NCBI GenBank assembly: GCA_041653515.1
Contig: JBAZFG010000002.1
Location: 125,632-189,631 of the forward strand
From: Candidatus Nanoarchaeia archaeon
GTDB taxonomy: Archaea > Nanobdellota > Nanobdellia > WJKC01
Direction: 5' to 3'
DNA: 64,000 nucleotides
Part shown: positions 48,635 to 58,263 of the stretch, piece after piece
How positions within the stretch are numbered: the first letter of the stretch is position 1
How the letters are laid out: the number at the start of each line of letters is the position of its first letter
The notes under the pieces: generated by a model
Database searches by the model: none
What the model was told of the DNA's origin: nothing
Seen by the model: only the letters and a program-made list of their open reading frames with translations
Position numbers and translations under genes: made by a program

Positions 48635-48910
48635 TTGTTTATGCCAAATAAAGTTATTATGACTGTTAGAGTAATGCCTGAGGGGCTTGAAGTTAATCTT
48701 GATGAATTAAAACAAGCTATTACTAATGCTTTAAAGGGCGTGGCTGAACCTGGTATTACAATTAAGAAGGAGCCGATTGCTTTTGGTCTTAATGCGCTTG
48801 ATGTTACGTTCGTGACTGATGAGGTTACTGGTTCTAGTATTATTGATGATAAATTAGCTGTTTTGTCAGGGGTTCAAACTGCTAGTTTATCCAGTGTTAG
48901 TTTGTTTTAG
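48635..48910 (+). CDS. translation elongation factor aEF-1 beta
   Basis: 'VIMTVRVMPEGLEVNLDELK...EPIAFGLNALDVTFV' matches the archaeal EF-1beta pattern. Confidence 0.75.
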   Translation: MFMPNKVIMTVRVMPEGLEVNLDELKQAITNALKGVAEPGITIKKEPIAFGLNALDVTFVTDEVTGSSIIDDKLAVLSGVQTASLSSVSLF

Positions 48911-49274
48911 TTAGCATTACTGCTCGCGCGTCATTAAATACTCCGTCAATAATTGATTGTTTTTTGAAGCCAGCTGACTCAAGTATTTTTATTCGCCCTT
49001 CATTGCTTTCTTGTTCTGCTGCTGCTATTGGGCCATTAATTTTTCTAGTTATTGCTTTTAGTAATAATGAGTGCTCTGGGTTCAAGTGCCAAGCGCTTAA
49101 CTCGTTTAGTGCGCCTAGTTTTTTTATTAACGCAAACCCTTTGATGCCATCATCTTCTATTACTATTTTGTTGATTGCATTATTGAATAAATTAGTTATT
49201 ATGTCTGTGTTAGTGTTGGTTAAATCTTTAATATATTTAATATCATCTCGTGTCATTTCCCGTAATCTTATCAT
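48897..49274 (-). CDS. GNAT-like acetyltransferase (tentative)
   Basis: C-terminal 'ILESAGFKKQ' resembles a GNAT motif-B ending; weak. Confidence 0.3.
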   Translation of the reverse strand: MIRLREMTRDDIKYIKDLTNTNTDIITNLFNNAINKIVIEDDGIKGFALIKKLGALNELSAWHLNPEHSLLLKAITRKINGPIAAAEQESNEGRIKILESAGFKKQSIIDGVFNDARAVMLTKTN

Positions 49275-49294
49275 AATCCTTATATGCGCATCCT

Positions 49295-50197
49295 GTGTAT
49301 AAAAGACTTATGTTGTCGCGGGTCGCATCTGATATTAAGGCGTTGCGCATTCAGGGTGCGACTAATATTGCTTATGCCAGTCTTAGTGCTTTGCGCTACG
49401 TGATGAGTAAATCTGTTAAGTCATCCAAATCTTTATTCGTTAAAGAATTATTGTCTGCGCGTAAATTATTGTTTAATGCCCGGCCTAATGAGCCAATGAT
49501 GTTTAACGCGCTTAATCACGTTATTAATAGTATTAATGATTATAGTGGTCTTGACTTCAAGGTTTATGGCTTGAGTGTTCTTGACTCGTTGAAGTCAAGG
49601 GTTGATTTAGCTAAAACTGCGATGACTAAGGTTGGGGCTGGTTTGTTAAAGAAGAATAGTGTGTTATTCACTCATTGCCACTCGAGCAGTGTGATGAGTA
49701 TTATTAAGTCAGCTAAGCCAAGAGAAGTGTATTGCACTGAGAGCAGGCCTCGTTATCAGGGTCGCATTACTGCCACTGAATTAATTAAGGCAGGGCTGAA
49801 GGTTAATATGATTGTTGATTCAGCGGTTGCTGATTATGTTAAGAAAGCTGATTGCTTCCTGATTGGTTGTGATGTTATCACGTCAACTAATATTATTAAT
49901 AAGGTTGGCTCGCGAATGATTTCTATTCTCTGCGATAAGTATGATATCCCATTGTACGTCTGCTCGTTGAGTTATAAGTTCGAGCCTGGCTCGATTGATG
50001 GTTTTATTAGCGCTGTTGAGGAGCGTAACACTAAGGAGGTCTGGGATAAACCACCGCGTGGACTGCAGATTCATAACCCTGCATTTGACGTGGTTGACTT
50101 TGAGGCTATATCTGGTTTCATCACTGACTTAGGGGTTTTGCCGCCTAATTCTTTTATTAATGCGATGCGACAAAAGAAAGGTAAGTTGTTTGATTAA
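49295..50197 (+). CDS. ribose-1,5-bisphosphate isomerase (eIF-2B alpha/beta/delta family)
   Basis: 'VLFTHCHSSSVMSII', 'FLIGCDVITSTNIINKVGSRMISILCDKYDIPLYVC' e2b2-family motifs; adjacent to AMP phosphorylase. Confidence 0.75.
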   Translation: MYKRLMLSRVASDIKALRIQGATNIAYASLSALRYVMSKSVKSSKSLFVKELLSARKLLFNARPNEPMMFNALNHVINSINDYSGLDFKVYGLSVLDSLKSRVDLAKTAMTKVGAGLLKKNSVLFTHCHSSSVMSIIKSAKPREVYCTESRPRYQGRITATELIKAGLKVNMIVDSAVADYVKKADCFLIGCDVITSTNIINKVGSRMISILCDKYDIPLYVCSLSYKFEPGSIDGFISAVEERNTKEVWDKPPRGLQIHNPAFDVVDFEAISGFITDLGVLPPNSFINAMRQKKGKLFD

Positions 50198-50204
50198 TAA
50201 TTCA

Positions 50205-50217
50205 TTTTTTTTTTTTT
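50205..50217 (+). terminator. 13-nt oligo-T tract (archaeal-type terminator), followed by a TATA-like 'TTTATAAGG'
   Basis: T13 run just 3' of the R15P isomerase stop; ~45 nt upstream of the AMP phosphorylase start. Confidence 0.4.
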
Positions 50218-50260
50218 ATAAGGGTAATATCTTTAAATCCTGATATGTTAAGAAACATTA

Positions 50261-51748
50261 ATGAGGTTTAAGGTTAAGGATTTGAATATTTCTGGTGGCA
50301 GTCATTATGTTGTGGTGATGAGTGAGGAGACTGCTGCGCTTGAAGGAGTTCATGTTAGTAGTCGTGTTAGGTTAGCTGACCATACTAAGAATATTATTGC
50401 AGTGGTTGATATTGCTGAGAAGGGCGTGCTCGACCGTTATGAATTAGGCTTGTTTAATGAGGTTGCTGAAGTCTTGCGTGTTAAGAATGGTGATTATGTT
50501 GAGGCTGTGCCTGTATCCCAGCCTAAGAGCATTGAGTATATTAAGAAGAAATTAGATGGCTTGGAGTTAACTGCGCTTGAGATTGAAGCAATTGTTAGTG
50601 ATATAATTAAGAATCGCTTGAGTCAGGTTGAGATGAGTGCTTTCGTGACTGCTTGTTATACACGTGAGTTAACAATGAATGAGACTTATTATTTGACTCG
50701 GAGCGTGGTTGATACTGGTTGTGTTATTAATTTTGGCAAAGGGGTTATTGCTGATAAGCATTGTGTTGGTGGCATTAGTGGTAATCGGACTACGATGGTG
50801 TTAGTGCCTATTATTGCCAGTCTTGGTCTTACTATTCCTAAGACTAGTAGTCGGAGTATTACTAGCCCGTCAGGTACAGCTGATACAATGGAAGTGTTTG
50901 CGCCTGTTGAATTAACTTTAAAGCGGATTAAGAGTGTTGTTAAGAAAGCAGGTGGTTGTATTGTCTGGGGTGGCAACATGAACTTGGCTGCGGCTGATGA
51001 TAAATTAATTAGTATTCGCCATCCATTATCGCTTGACCCGTTGGGTTTGATGCTGGCTAGTATTATGGCTAAGAAGAAAGCGGTTGGTAGCACTCATGTG
51101 ATTATTGATATTCCTTTGGGTGTTGGGGCTAAAACTAAGAGTATTGGTGAAGCCAAGTACCTTGGCGGTCAGTTTGAGGAGTTAGGTAAGCGTTTGGGTA
51201 TTAATGTTAAAGTGTTAATTACTGAGGGCAATAAGCCTATTGGTCGTGGTATCGGGCCCTCGCTTGAGGCCCGTGACGTTGCTTGGGTGTTAGAAGGTGA
51301 CCCTCAGGGTCCAATTGATTTGCGGGATAAGAGTCTTTATTTAGCAGGGGAATTACTTGAGTTGTGCGGTAAAGCTAGTCCTGGCGAGGGCTTATTAATG
51401 GCTCGTGAAGCGTTGGATAGTGGTCGTGCATTAGCTAAGTTTAAGGAGATTGTTAAGTTGCAGGGCGGTAAGTACAAGTCTGGGGCATCATTAAAGCCTG
51501 GTAAGTTTTCTCAGGAAGTTAAGTCAACCCGTAAGGGTATGATTATGTCAATTAATGATGACTTAATCTCTATTGTCGCGCGAATGGCAGGCGCGCCGTT
51601 GGATAAAGGGGCAGGAGTTTACTTGCATAAGACTGTTGATGAGTACGTGCTTAAGGGTCAGTTATTAATGACTGTTTACGCTGATAACGAGCGATTACTC
51701 AAGGAAGCGGTTAATAAGGTTAGTAAGGGCTTGTTTGTGATTAAGTAA
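50261..51748 (+). CDS. AMP phosphorylase (thymidine phosphorylase family)
   Basis: 'DKHCVGGISGNRTTMVLVPIIASLG' and 'SPSGTADTMEV' TP-family motifs; N-terminal extension typical of archaeal AMPpase. Confidence 0.8.
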   Translation: MRFKVKDLNISGGSHYVVVMSEETAALEGVHVSSRVRLADHTKNIIAVVDIAEKGVLDRYELGLFNEVAEVLRVKNGDYVEAVPVSQPKSIEYIKKKLDGLELTALEIEAIVSDIIKNRLSQVEMSAFVTACYTRELTMNETYYLTRSVVDTGCVINFGKGVIADKHCVGGISGNRTTMVLVPIIASLGLTIPKTSSRSITSPSGTADTMEVFAPVELTLKRIKSVVKKAGGCIVWGGNMNLAAADDKLISIRHPLSLDPLGLMLASIMAKKKAVGSTHVIIDIPLGVGAKTKSIGEAKYLGGQFEELGKRLGINVKVLITEGNKPIGRGIGPSLEARDVAWVLEGDPQGPIDLRDKSLYLAGELLELCGKASPGEGLLMAREALDSGRALAKFKEIVKLQGGKYKSGASLKPGKFSQEVKSTRKGMIMSINDDLISIVARMAGAPLDKGAGVYLHKTVDEYVLKGQLLMTVYADNERLLKEAVNKVSKGLFVIK

Positions 51749-51782
51749 AGTTTTTAAACCAATCATTGTTTTCTTTTCTTTC

Positions 51783-52025
51783 ATGGGTCGAATAAGAACT
51801 AATGAGATAAAGACAATAACTAAACTTGTTGTTGATAAATATGGATTAGATTCATTCTCTGATGATTTTGATAAGAATAAAGAATCCTTGAAGTCATTGG
51901 CAGAGGAGTTCCCGAGCCATCAAGTATTGAATAAAGTGGCTGGTTGCATAGTTAATTTAGTTAAGGATGCTAGGATTGAAGCCAAAGCCCTTGCAGCGCC
52001 CTCAGTGGTTAATGAGGATGAGTGA
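51783..52025 (+). CDS. 30S ribosomal protein S17e
   Basis: 'MGRIRTNEIKTITKLVVDKYG...FDKNKE' matches the S17e N-terminus. Confidence 0.7.
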   Translation: MGRIRTNEIKTITKLVVDKYGLDSFSDDFDKNKESLKSLAEEFPSHQVLNKVAGCIVNLVKDARIEAKALAAPSVVNEDE

Positions 52026-52132
52026 TTACTAAAATTTATAAATAATAAAGTCTATTATTATTTTTTATGAAAACTAAATGTGATTGTCTCTGGCAATGAT
52101 TTAGTTAGTCTTACTCTTAGTGGTGTTTTCTT

Positions 52133-52462
52133 ATGATTGACTTGCGCGAGTTTTATGGTGTTTTTAGCGAGCAAGTAGTGCGCGCGTATGATTGTGCTCC
52201 TGATAAGTATGTGACTAAGTCAATTAATGATGGTTTGATTGTTTATGACTTTGTTAGTTTTGATTCAATTGACTTAAAAATATTGGCTGGTACTAAGCGC
52301 TCAATGAAGGAGTTAATTAACCCAATTAGTTGTTGTAATTTATTCATTAAAGTTCCTGCAAGTCTTGATGGTTATATTAGTGATTTGGAGTCAATTGGTT
52401 TTAAGGTTCAAGCTGGCAAAGACTTATTATTACTCAGGCGCTTAGGTGATAGTAATGGCTGA
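52133..52462 (+). CDS. hypothetical protein
   Basis: 109-aa ORF; 17-nt overlap with TrpRS. Confidence 0.3.
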   Translation: MIDLREFYGVFSEQVVRAYDCAPDKYVTKSINDGLIVYDFVSFDSIDLKILAGTKRSMKELINPISCCNLFIKVPASLDGYISDLESIGFKVQAGKDLLLLRRLGDSNG

Positions 52463-53534
52463 TAATGTTGTTAGTGCTTTTGGTACTAGTGAGATAAGAG
52501 ATTATGATAAATTGTTGCGCGAGTTCGGGGTTGAATCATTTAGTAAAGTTAAGTTGTCTGAGCCATTAATTATTATGCGCCGAGCCAAGGTCTTTGGTCA
52601 GCGCGACTTAAAGTCAGTTATTAATGCAATGAAGAATGGCAAGCGCTTCGCAGTTGTTAGTGGTATTAAGCCAAGCAGTCAATTGCATATTGGTTCTAAA
52701 TTAATTGTTGACCAGATTGTTTACTTTCAGAATCATGGCGGACTGGTTTATTACCCGATTGCTGATTTAGAATCATTGGTTGATAATGGTCTTGAATTAG
52801 ACAAAGCGCGTTTGCTGGCTCGTGATAATTTATTGGACTTAGCTGCATTAGGTATTGATTTTAAGAAAGCGCGGATTTACTTCCAGTCAGAGGAAGTGAA
52901 GGTTCAGCGATTAGCTTATGTTTACTCGCGTAACGTGACTAATAATATGCTTAAAGCAATTTATGGCGAGCATCCAATTGGGATGTATATGGCTGCTTTA
53001 ATTCAAGTGGCTGATATTTTATTGCCACAAATCGAGCATGGGCCAATGCCTGTGGTCGTGCCAGTTGGTTTTGACCAGGACCCTCATATTCGTTTGACGC
53101 GTGATATAGCAGTTAAGCATGGCTTGGTGCCTCCGTCATCAACTTATGTTAAGTTCATTAGTTCTTTATTGGGTGTTGAGCGTAAGATGAGTAAGCGCGA
53201 GCCTCAGGGCATGATTATGCTTAGTGAGTCACCTAAGGATGCTCGTAAGAAAATAATGAAGTACGCTTTTAGTGGCGGTCAGGCAACGGTTGAGGCTCAC
53301 CGCAAGAAGGGTGGTGACCCTGATGTTGACGTTGCTTATCAGTACTTAACTTATTTTGAGTCTGATGATAAGAAGTTAAAGAAAGTTTTTGATGATTATA
53401 AGGCAGGCCGATTATTGAGCGGTGAATTAAAAGTTATTCTTGCTGATAAAATAGAGTCTTTCTTAATTGAGCATCAAGCTAAGCGTAAGAAAGCTGAAGT
53501 AATGGTTGATAAATTCTTGAAGAAAACTTTATAA
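52446..53534 (+). CDS. tryptophanyl-tRNA synthetase (class Ic; TyrRS not excluded)
   Basis: HIGH-like 'PSSQLHIGS'; 'KMSKREP' KMSKS motif; length and 'P-S-S-x-LHIG' pattern favour archaeal TrpRS. Confidence 0.6.
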   Translation: MIVMADNVVSAFGTSEIRDYDKLLREFGVESFSKVKLSEPLIIMRRAKVFGQRDLKSVINAMKNGKRFAVVSGIKPSSQLHIGSKLIVDQIVYFQNHGGLVYYPIADLESLVDNGLELDKARLLARDNLLDLAALGIDFKKARIYFQSEEVKVQRLAYVYSRNVTNNMLKAIYGEHPIGMYMAALIQVADILLPQIEHGPMPVVVPVGFDQDPHIRLTRDIAVKHGLVPPSSTYVKFISSLLGVERKMSKREPQGMIMLSESPKDARKKIMKYAFSGGQATVEAHRKKGGDPDVDVAYQYLTYFESDDKKLKKVFDDYKAGRLLSGELKVILADKIESFLIEHQAKRKKAEVMVDKFLKKTL

Positions 53535-53556
53535 ACTCCTTAAATAAATTCTTATT

Positions 53557-54126
53557 TTGATGAAAAAAGTTGCTTTGGTTGACTGGGGTAAGGGTGTTAC
53601 TGGTTTAGATGGGTTGCCTGCGTTCCTGGCTGATATTTTTCCAGTTAAAGCTTGCGATGACGTTCTTAAAGTCAGGCAATTATTAACAAAGCCTTTTAAT
53701 CACTGGCTTAAATCGCTTGACTCTAAGATTTGCCGTGAGTACAGCGACGTTATTGGTGTGGCGTTAATGCCTTACGTACCTAGCACAAAGGCGTTGTATG
53801 GCAATAATTTTGATAACGCTTCATTAATCCTTAATATTGCTGTTAATTCACATAATTATAATGGTTCGTTAATCTCAATTGACGTTAATACTATTGGGCC
53901 TGACCGCGCCAAAACGATTAGTATTCATGAGTTATTTGAGGTCTTTCATGGCCGGCATGAGACTCATGATGGCCGGGGCCAGCCTTGCGCTAATAATGGT
54001 GACTTGAGTAAATTAAGTTTTTGCTGCAGTCTTGAGAACACGCTTAATTATATTGATTCATTAAGCCCTTTCTTGTGCGGTCATTGTGATTATAAAGTTA
54101 AAAAGTCACGATTAATTGATTATTAA
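53557..54126 (+). CDS. hypothetical protein (His/Cys-rich C-terminus)
   Basis: 'HELFEVFHGRHETHDGRG' and 'CGHCDY'. Confidence 0.4.
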   Translation: MMKKVALVDWGKGVTGLDGLPAFLADIFPVKACDDVLKVRQLLTKPFNHWLKSLDSKICREYSDVIGVALMPYVPSTKALYGNNFDNASLILNIAVNSHNYNGSLISIDVNTIGPDRAKTISIHELFEVFHGRHETHDGRGQPCANNGDLSKLSFCCSLENTLNYIDSLSPFLCGHCDYKVKKSRLIDY

Positions 54127-55597
54127 TCACTGCGTATAATTCTTTAGCATTATTATGTAATTGTTTTATTATTGCTGATACGTAATCAATACTGCTTATT
54201 ACTTCTTTTTTGTTTATTTCAAGTACTCGCATTTCCTCTGCGTTCCTGAAACCAAATCCCCTTCCTTCGCGGAATATTGGTGCAATGAATACTTCGTTTT
54301 CATTAAGGCCTGGGAGTACTTTGTTTGTTATTCCAATTGTTGTTCCAAGGTATTTTCTTGCAAATTCTTCGTTAATTAATACTGATGTTGTTTGATTAAT
54401 TCTCTCGCTTATTTCATTTAGGCTTTTGTTTCTAAGAACCATTTCACTTTTGAATTTTTGAGGCAGGCCAATCACAAAAGTACCTTTTGTTGCGATTGGT
54501 ATTTTTTCAATTCCAGTGCATTTATTATTCTTGAAAAATAGTCGTAGTAATCCCTTGCTGCTATTGAATGCAAGGACGTTTTTATCTGACCTTTTTTTTA
54601 TGTAATTGGGTTTACTGCTTAAGTAATCCTTGAATAATTCATTTATTTTTTTATCTGTCATTGGGTAAAAATTTATTCTTTCATATTCATCCGGATTAAT
54701 GCCACTTTCATTAATAGTTATTCTTTTATAATCACTTATGATTATTTTTTTTGCTTTCATTATTTCTTTGATGAATTCTACTTTCAATAAGTTCTCATCT
54801 AATTTGTTTGTGTAAGCTTCAAGCCATGCCGGCCTGAAGTCAATACTTAATGGTTTGCTGTCAGTGACTTGTATTACTATGTCCTGGCTTTTGTAATTGA
54901 ACATGAACAAGTTTTTCCATTCGCGCCAGCCAGTCTTGATTAGTAATTCGCTGATAGATTGGCCTGGGCTGAGTTCGTAAGAATAAGGGTTTATTCGCCT
55001 GACTGTTGCTGGTTTAGTGGTTGATTCTGTCATCACTGTTTTAGTTTCTTGTTTTGGCAGTTTCTGCGGGTATAATCCTACTTGCGCTACTGCCGCGCCC
55101 GCTTCATTATCCTGGTTTAATAATTTGTTAAGCACTAATTTTAGGAAACCATAAGCTTTTGTTTCTGTTATTTTTTCTTTGAATAATTGTTTCACTTCAT
55201 TGTTAATGCCTGTTTTCTTGAATGTGTTTTTTAATTCATTAATAAGTGTTTTTGAGTAATGCTCAAACATGAATTCATTGTAGTATTTGCTGAAGAAAAT
55301 ATTATCCTGGTTTAAGTCCTTAAGTGAGTTAATTGCTTTTAGTGTTTTGAAGTCATTGGTGTTAAAAATCTTCTTGCGTCTCATTGAGTGAAGTATTTTT
55401 TCTTCAACAATTTTTTGCTTAGCAGGGTTCATAACAGTGTTGGCTATCCTGATAAGCCATTTGAATAAGTTGTAATTAATTGAGTTGTTTGAAAGGTTTT
55501 TTAATTGCTCGGCTGACGCATTAATGATGGTGATTAATTCTTCATTACTTAAATTAAGACTGCTCTTCCTGCTGTTAAACCTGAAGTTAACTATCAT
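54098..55597 (-). CDS. hypothetical protein, 499 aa
   Basis: Long ORF with no recognised motif; C-terminal 'IFREGRGFGFRNAEEMRVLEI'. Confidence 0.45.
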   Translation of the reverse strand: MIVNFRFNSRKSSLNLSNEELITIINASAEQLKNLSNNSINYNLFKWLIRIANTVMNPAKQKIVEEKILHSMRRKKIFNTNDFKTLKAINSLKDLNQDNIFFSKYYNEFMFEHYSKTLINELKNTFKKTGINNEVKQLFKEKITETKAYGFLKLVLNKLLNQDNEAGAAVAQVGLYPQKLPKQETKTVMTESTTKPATVRRINPYSYELSPGQSISELLIKTGWREWKNLFMFNYKSQDIVIQVTDSKPLSIDFRPAWLEAYTNKLDENLLKVEFIKEIMKAKKIIISDYKRITINESGINPDEYERINFYPMTDKKINELFKDYLSSKPNYIKKRSDKNVLAFNSSKGLLRLFFKNNKCTGIEKIPIATKGTFVIGLPQKFKSEMVLRNKSLNEISERINQTTSVLINEEFARKYLGTTIGITNKVLPGLNENEVFIAPIFREGRGFGFRNAEEMRVLEINKKEVISSIDYVSAIIKQLHNNAKELYAVINNQLIVTF

Positions 55598-55621
55598 ATA
55601 ATTGATTTAGCATTTTTTTGT

Positions 55622-56797
55622 TTAAGTAATTAGTCTTTCCCTGATTTTAGTGACTTCGTTTCTTAGTTTTTCTTCATTAATGCCCAATAAGTTCTTGCCA
55701 TCACGAACAATTTCTTTTCCTTTTAAGTAAACGCTTTTGATTGCGTTCTTATTCATTATTTTAGCTACAAATTCACTAACTGTCTTAAATGGTTTTAATT
55801 GGCTCATATCAATTAGTGAGAAACTAGCTTCGCTTTCTGGCCCGAATGGCTCATGAGTCATAGTGTATGCTTGATTAATTGTTACGCCAGTGAGCTCGTA
55901 GGACTCCCATGCTTCATTTAATATTGATGATGATGGGTTCCAAGCGTAACTGTCAGTGCCTAGTAACATTTTAACATTATTATTAAGCATTACTTTGTTT
56001 GGCGGCGCGTTATCACTAATCGCTTTATTGCTCGTCGGGCAGTGCATTACTTGAACGTTATTTTCAGCTAACATTAATATGTCCTTGCTGTCAGCGTAAG
56101 TGCAATGAGCTAACCTTAAGTCATGCTCAAGCATTCCAAGACTATTCAAGTAATCAATTGTTCTCATGCCAGTTAATTTCTTTATATGCTTAACATCCTC
56201 AAGTGTCTCGCATGCGTGCATGTGAATTGGCAGGTCATTTTCCTGTGCAAACAATAATCCTTCTTTTATTAATTGTGGTGTGCATTCATACTCGTTAGCT
56301 AAGCCTAACATTATTTTATTGCCGTACTTCTTTTTTAATTCAAGCGTTTGGTTGAATTGTTTGCTAATACTGCTTTTCTCTTTATGAGCATCCTTGACTG
56401 CAAGGCAAGCAGTGTAACCTAACTTGCATTTATTAATTGCTTTAATTACTGGCTCAGGGTTCATGTCCATGGTGTCAACATGAGTCACGCCTTCCTTGAT
56501 TGATTCAAGGCAGGCTAACAGTGATGCTTTGTAAACATCAATTGTTTTGCGCCTGTCATGAACCTTAAAACCAATATTATCAAAATACTCATATTTTTTC
56601 AAGCCAAGCGCAGCCCCACTCACTGCTCGACTACCAAGGTGAACGTGAGCGTTAGTTAATCCTGGCAGTAAGAATAAGCCAGTGCAATCAACGCCTTTAC
56701 TCAGGTTGTTCTTAATGTAATGAACTGATTGGTCAAAGAATATGTCTGTCTTGATTAACCGACCACCTTTCAGAATAGTGATATTATTGAGTATCAT
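55622..56797 (-). CDS. amidohydrolase (MTA/SAH-deaminase or cytosine/guanine-deaminase-like)
   Basis: 'LPGLTNAHVHL' HxH metal site; 'HMHACE' and 'GTDSYAWN' later motifs. Confidence 0.65.
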   Translation of the reverse strand: MILNNITILKGGRLIKTDIFFDQSVHYIKNNLSKGVDCTGLFLLPGLTNAHVHLGSRAVSGAALGLKKYEYFDNIGFKVHDRRKTIDVYKASLLACLESIKEGVTHVDTMDMNPEPVIKAINKCKLGYTACLAVKDAHKEKSSISKQFNQTLELKKKYGNKIMLGLANEYECTPQLIKEGLLFAQENDLPIHMHACETLEDVKHIKKLTGMRTIDYLNSLGMLEHDLRLAHCTYADSKDILMLAENNVQVMHCPTSNKAISDNAPPNKVMLNNNVKMLLGTDSYAWNPSSSILNEAWESYELTGVTINQAYTMTHEPFGPESEASFSLIDMSQLKPFKTVSEFVAKIMNKNAIKSVYLKGKEIVRDGKNLLGINEEKLRNEVTKIRERLIT

Positions 56798-56823
56798 TGA
56801 TTAATCTTTAAGTATTTTAATGC

Positions 56824-57300
56824 TTAAATAATATATTTCTCAAACAAGTTGCCTGGTCCTTTACTTGTTTTATAAAGCGTGTGTTTTTTTAGCCAATTAA
56901 TTAAGTTCATAGTTTTCTTATTATTAGTTAAGTGCAAGCCCCATGTTGATGGGTCACAAATGTATTCTTCTTCTTGATAAGTAAATTTATTCCAAACGTG
57001 ACTTAATGGTTCATTAAAGAACTCATTTGTAAGTAAGTAATTTCTGCCTTCAATGATTTTATTGTAAGCTTTACCCATTATCATAATTGTTTTAAATTGT
57101 TTATTCTCTGATAAGACGTTGTTTAGGAATTGTGCGAAGTGATTGCATAAACCTCCTTTATTTATGAATTCATTAGTGGTGGTTTCCCAATTATTTGGCG
57201 CGCAATAAGGGATATTAGCAATCGTTTCTTCAAGAAATAATTCTAATTCCTTTATGTTATTTATTTTTTTATGATAAGTGTTGTCAATTATATCATTCAT
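56824..57300 (-). CDS. transglutaminase-like cysteine peptidase domain protein
   Basis: Putative Cys-His-Asp triad in order: 'GGLCNHFAQF', 'SHVWNKF', 'ICDPSTW'. Confidence 0.4.
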   Translation of the reverse strand: MNDIIDNTYHKKINNIKELELFLEETIANIPYCAPNNWETTTNEFINKGGLCNHFAQFLNNVLSENKQFKTIMIMGKAYNKIIEGRNYLLTNEFFNEPLSHVWNKFTYQEEEYICDPSTWGLHLTNNKKTMNLINWLKKHTLYKTSKGPGNLFEKYII

Positions 57301-57336
57301 GTTAAATTAACTTTTTTTTAGTATTTTTAAAGTTTT

Positions 57337-57488
57337 TTAGAAATCACTGAGTTTTTTCTGCTTAGTCCCTAACCGCAGGGAGGGGTGACCCCTCCCTTCA
57401 GTTTTAGGGTAATCCTGATTCCCACCCCCCTACGATTGTAATTATGCCAGAGACATGTTAGAAATCACTGAGTTTTTTCTGCTTAGTC
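57337..57488. repeat. GC-rich hairpin element (57371-57430) bracketed by a perfect 31-bp direct repeat (57337-57367 / 57458-57488)
   Basis: 'ttagaaatcactgagttttttctgcttagtc' occurs twice; the second copy is the last 10 codons plus stop of nucS; between them lies 'aaccgcagggaggggtgacccctcccttcagttttagggtaatcctgattcccacc'. Confidence 0.8.
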
Positions 57489-58210
57489 TTATCAACTATG
57501 TTCCTGTTTGGTGGTTCTACTTGGCAGAACTTAAAGCTCCAGTCATGGAGCATTTGTTCAGCGTTCTTAGTGATGCCTGGCGCTGCGATGTAACCAATGA
57601 CTTTGTCAATTCCTTTAGCTGCCTTGATTCTCTCAACGTAGCGCCTTAGTTGTTGGACCGCGCTAAGCCCGGCAGTCACTCGCTTACACTCAATAATTAT
57701 TAATGCTCCTTCACCATCATGGCCCATCACGTCAATAAAACCATATTTTGTTTGTTCTTCAAGGCTGACTGGCCTAAAGTCAATGCTAATAATATGTGGG
57801 TGCTCATAAATCATGCGCGCCATGTCAGCTTCACTGCCCATAATCATTACTTCTTCATCATCGCTTAGTTGGCCTGAGATTAGTAAGTCAATGCTGGTTA
57901 TTTTAATGACCATTTGTTCTCTTGGGTTGATTGATTCAGCAGTGATGAATAATGAGTCGCCAGCTTCAACCCTGATGCTCGCGCCTTCTTTTATCCAGTT
58001 AACTGGGTTCCTGCCTGTTGGTTTGTGAACTAATAGTGTTTTGTCTGTTTTGATGGTGACTGCCCTGCCGCCCCGCTCGAGCTTTGAGTAAGCCCTGCCT
58101 TCATACTTAACCTCGCACTCGCAGTAAAGTGTGATTAACTCGTTTCGCTTGAGTGCTTGGTCTAATACGTTCTTGGTTGTATCAAAATCAGGTTTAACAT
58201 AATTGCTCAT
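57458..58210 (-). CDS. nucS: endonuclease NucS/EndoMS
   Basis: C-terminal RecB-like nuclease motif 'GFIDVMGHDGEGALIIIECKR'; N-terminal dimerisation/ssDNA-binding-like region. Confidence 0.7.
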   Translation of the reverse strand: MSNYVKPDFDTTKNVLDQALKRNELITLYCECEVKYEGRAYSKLERGGRAVTIKTDKTLLVHKPTGRNPVNWIKEGASIRVEAGDSLFITAESINPREQMVIKITSIDLLISGQLSDDEEVMIMGSEADMARMIYEHPHIISIDFRPVSLEEQTKYGFIDVMGHDGEGALIIIECKRVTAGLSAVQQLRRYVERIKAAKGIDKVIGYIAAPGITKNAEQMLHDWSFKFCQVEPPNRNIVDKTKQKKLSDF

Positions 58211-58263
58211 CTAATTCTTTATCTCGATACACATATAAATTGATTTTGTTATCTTTATTATTC

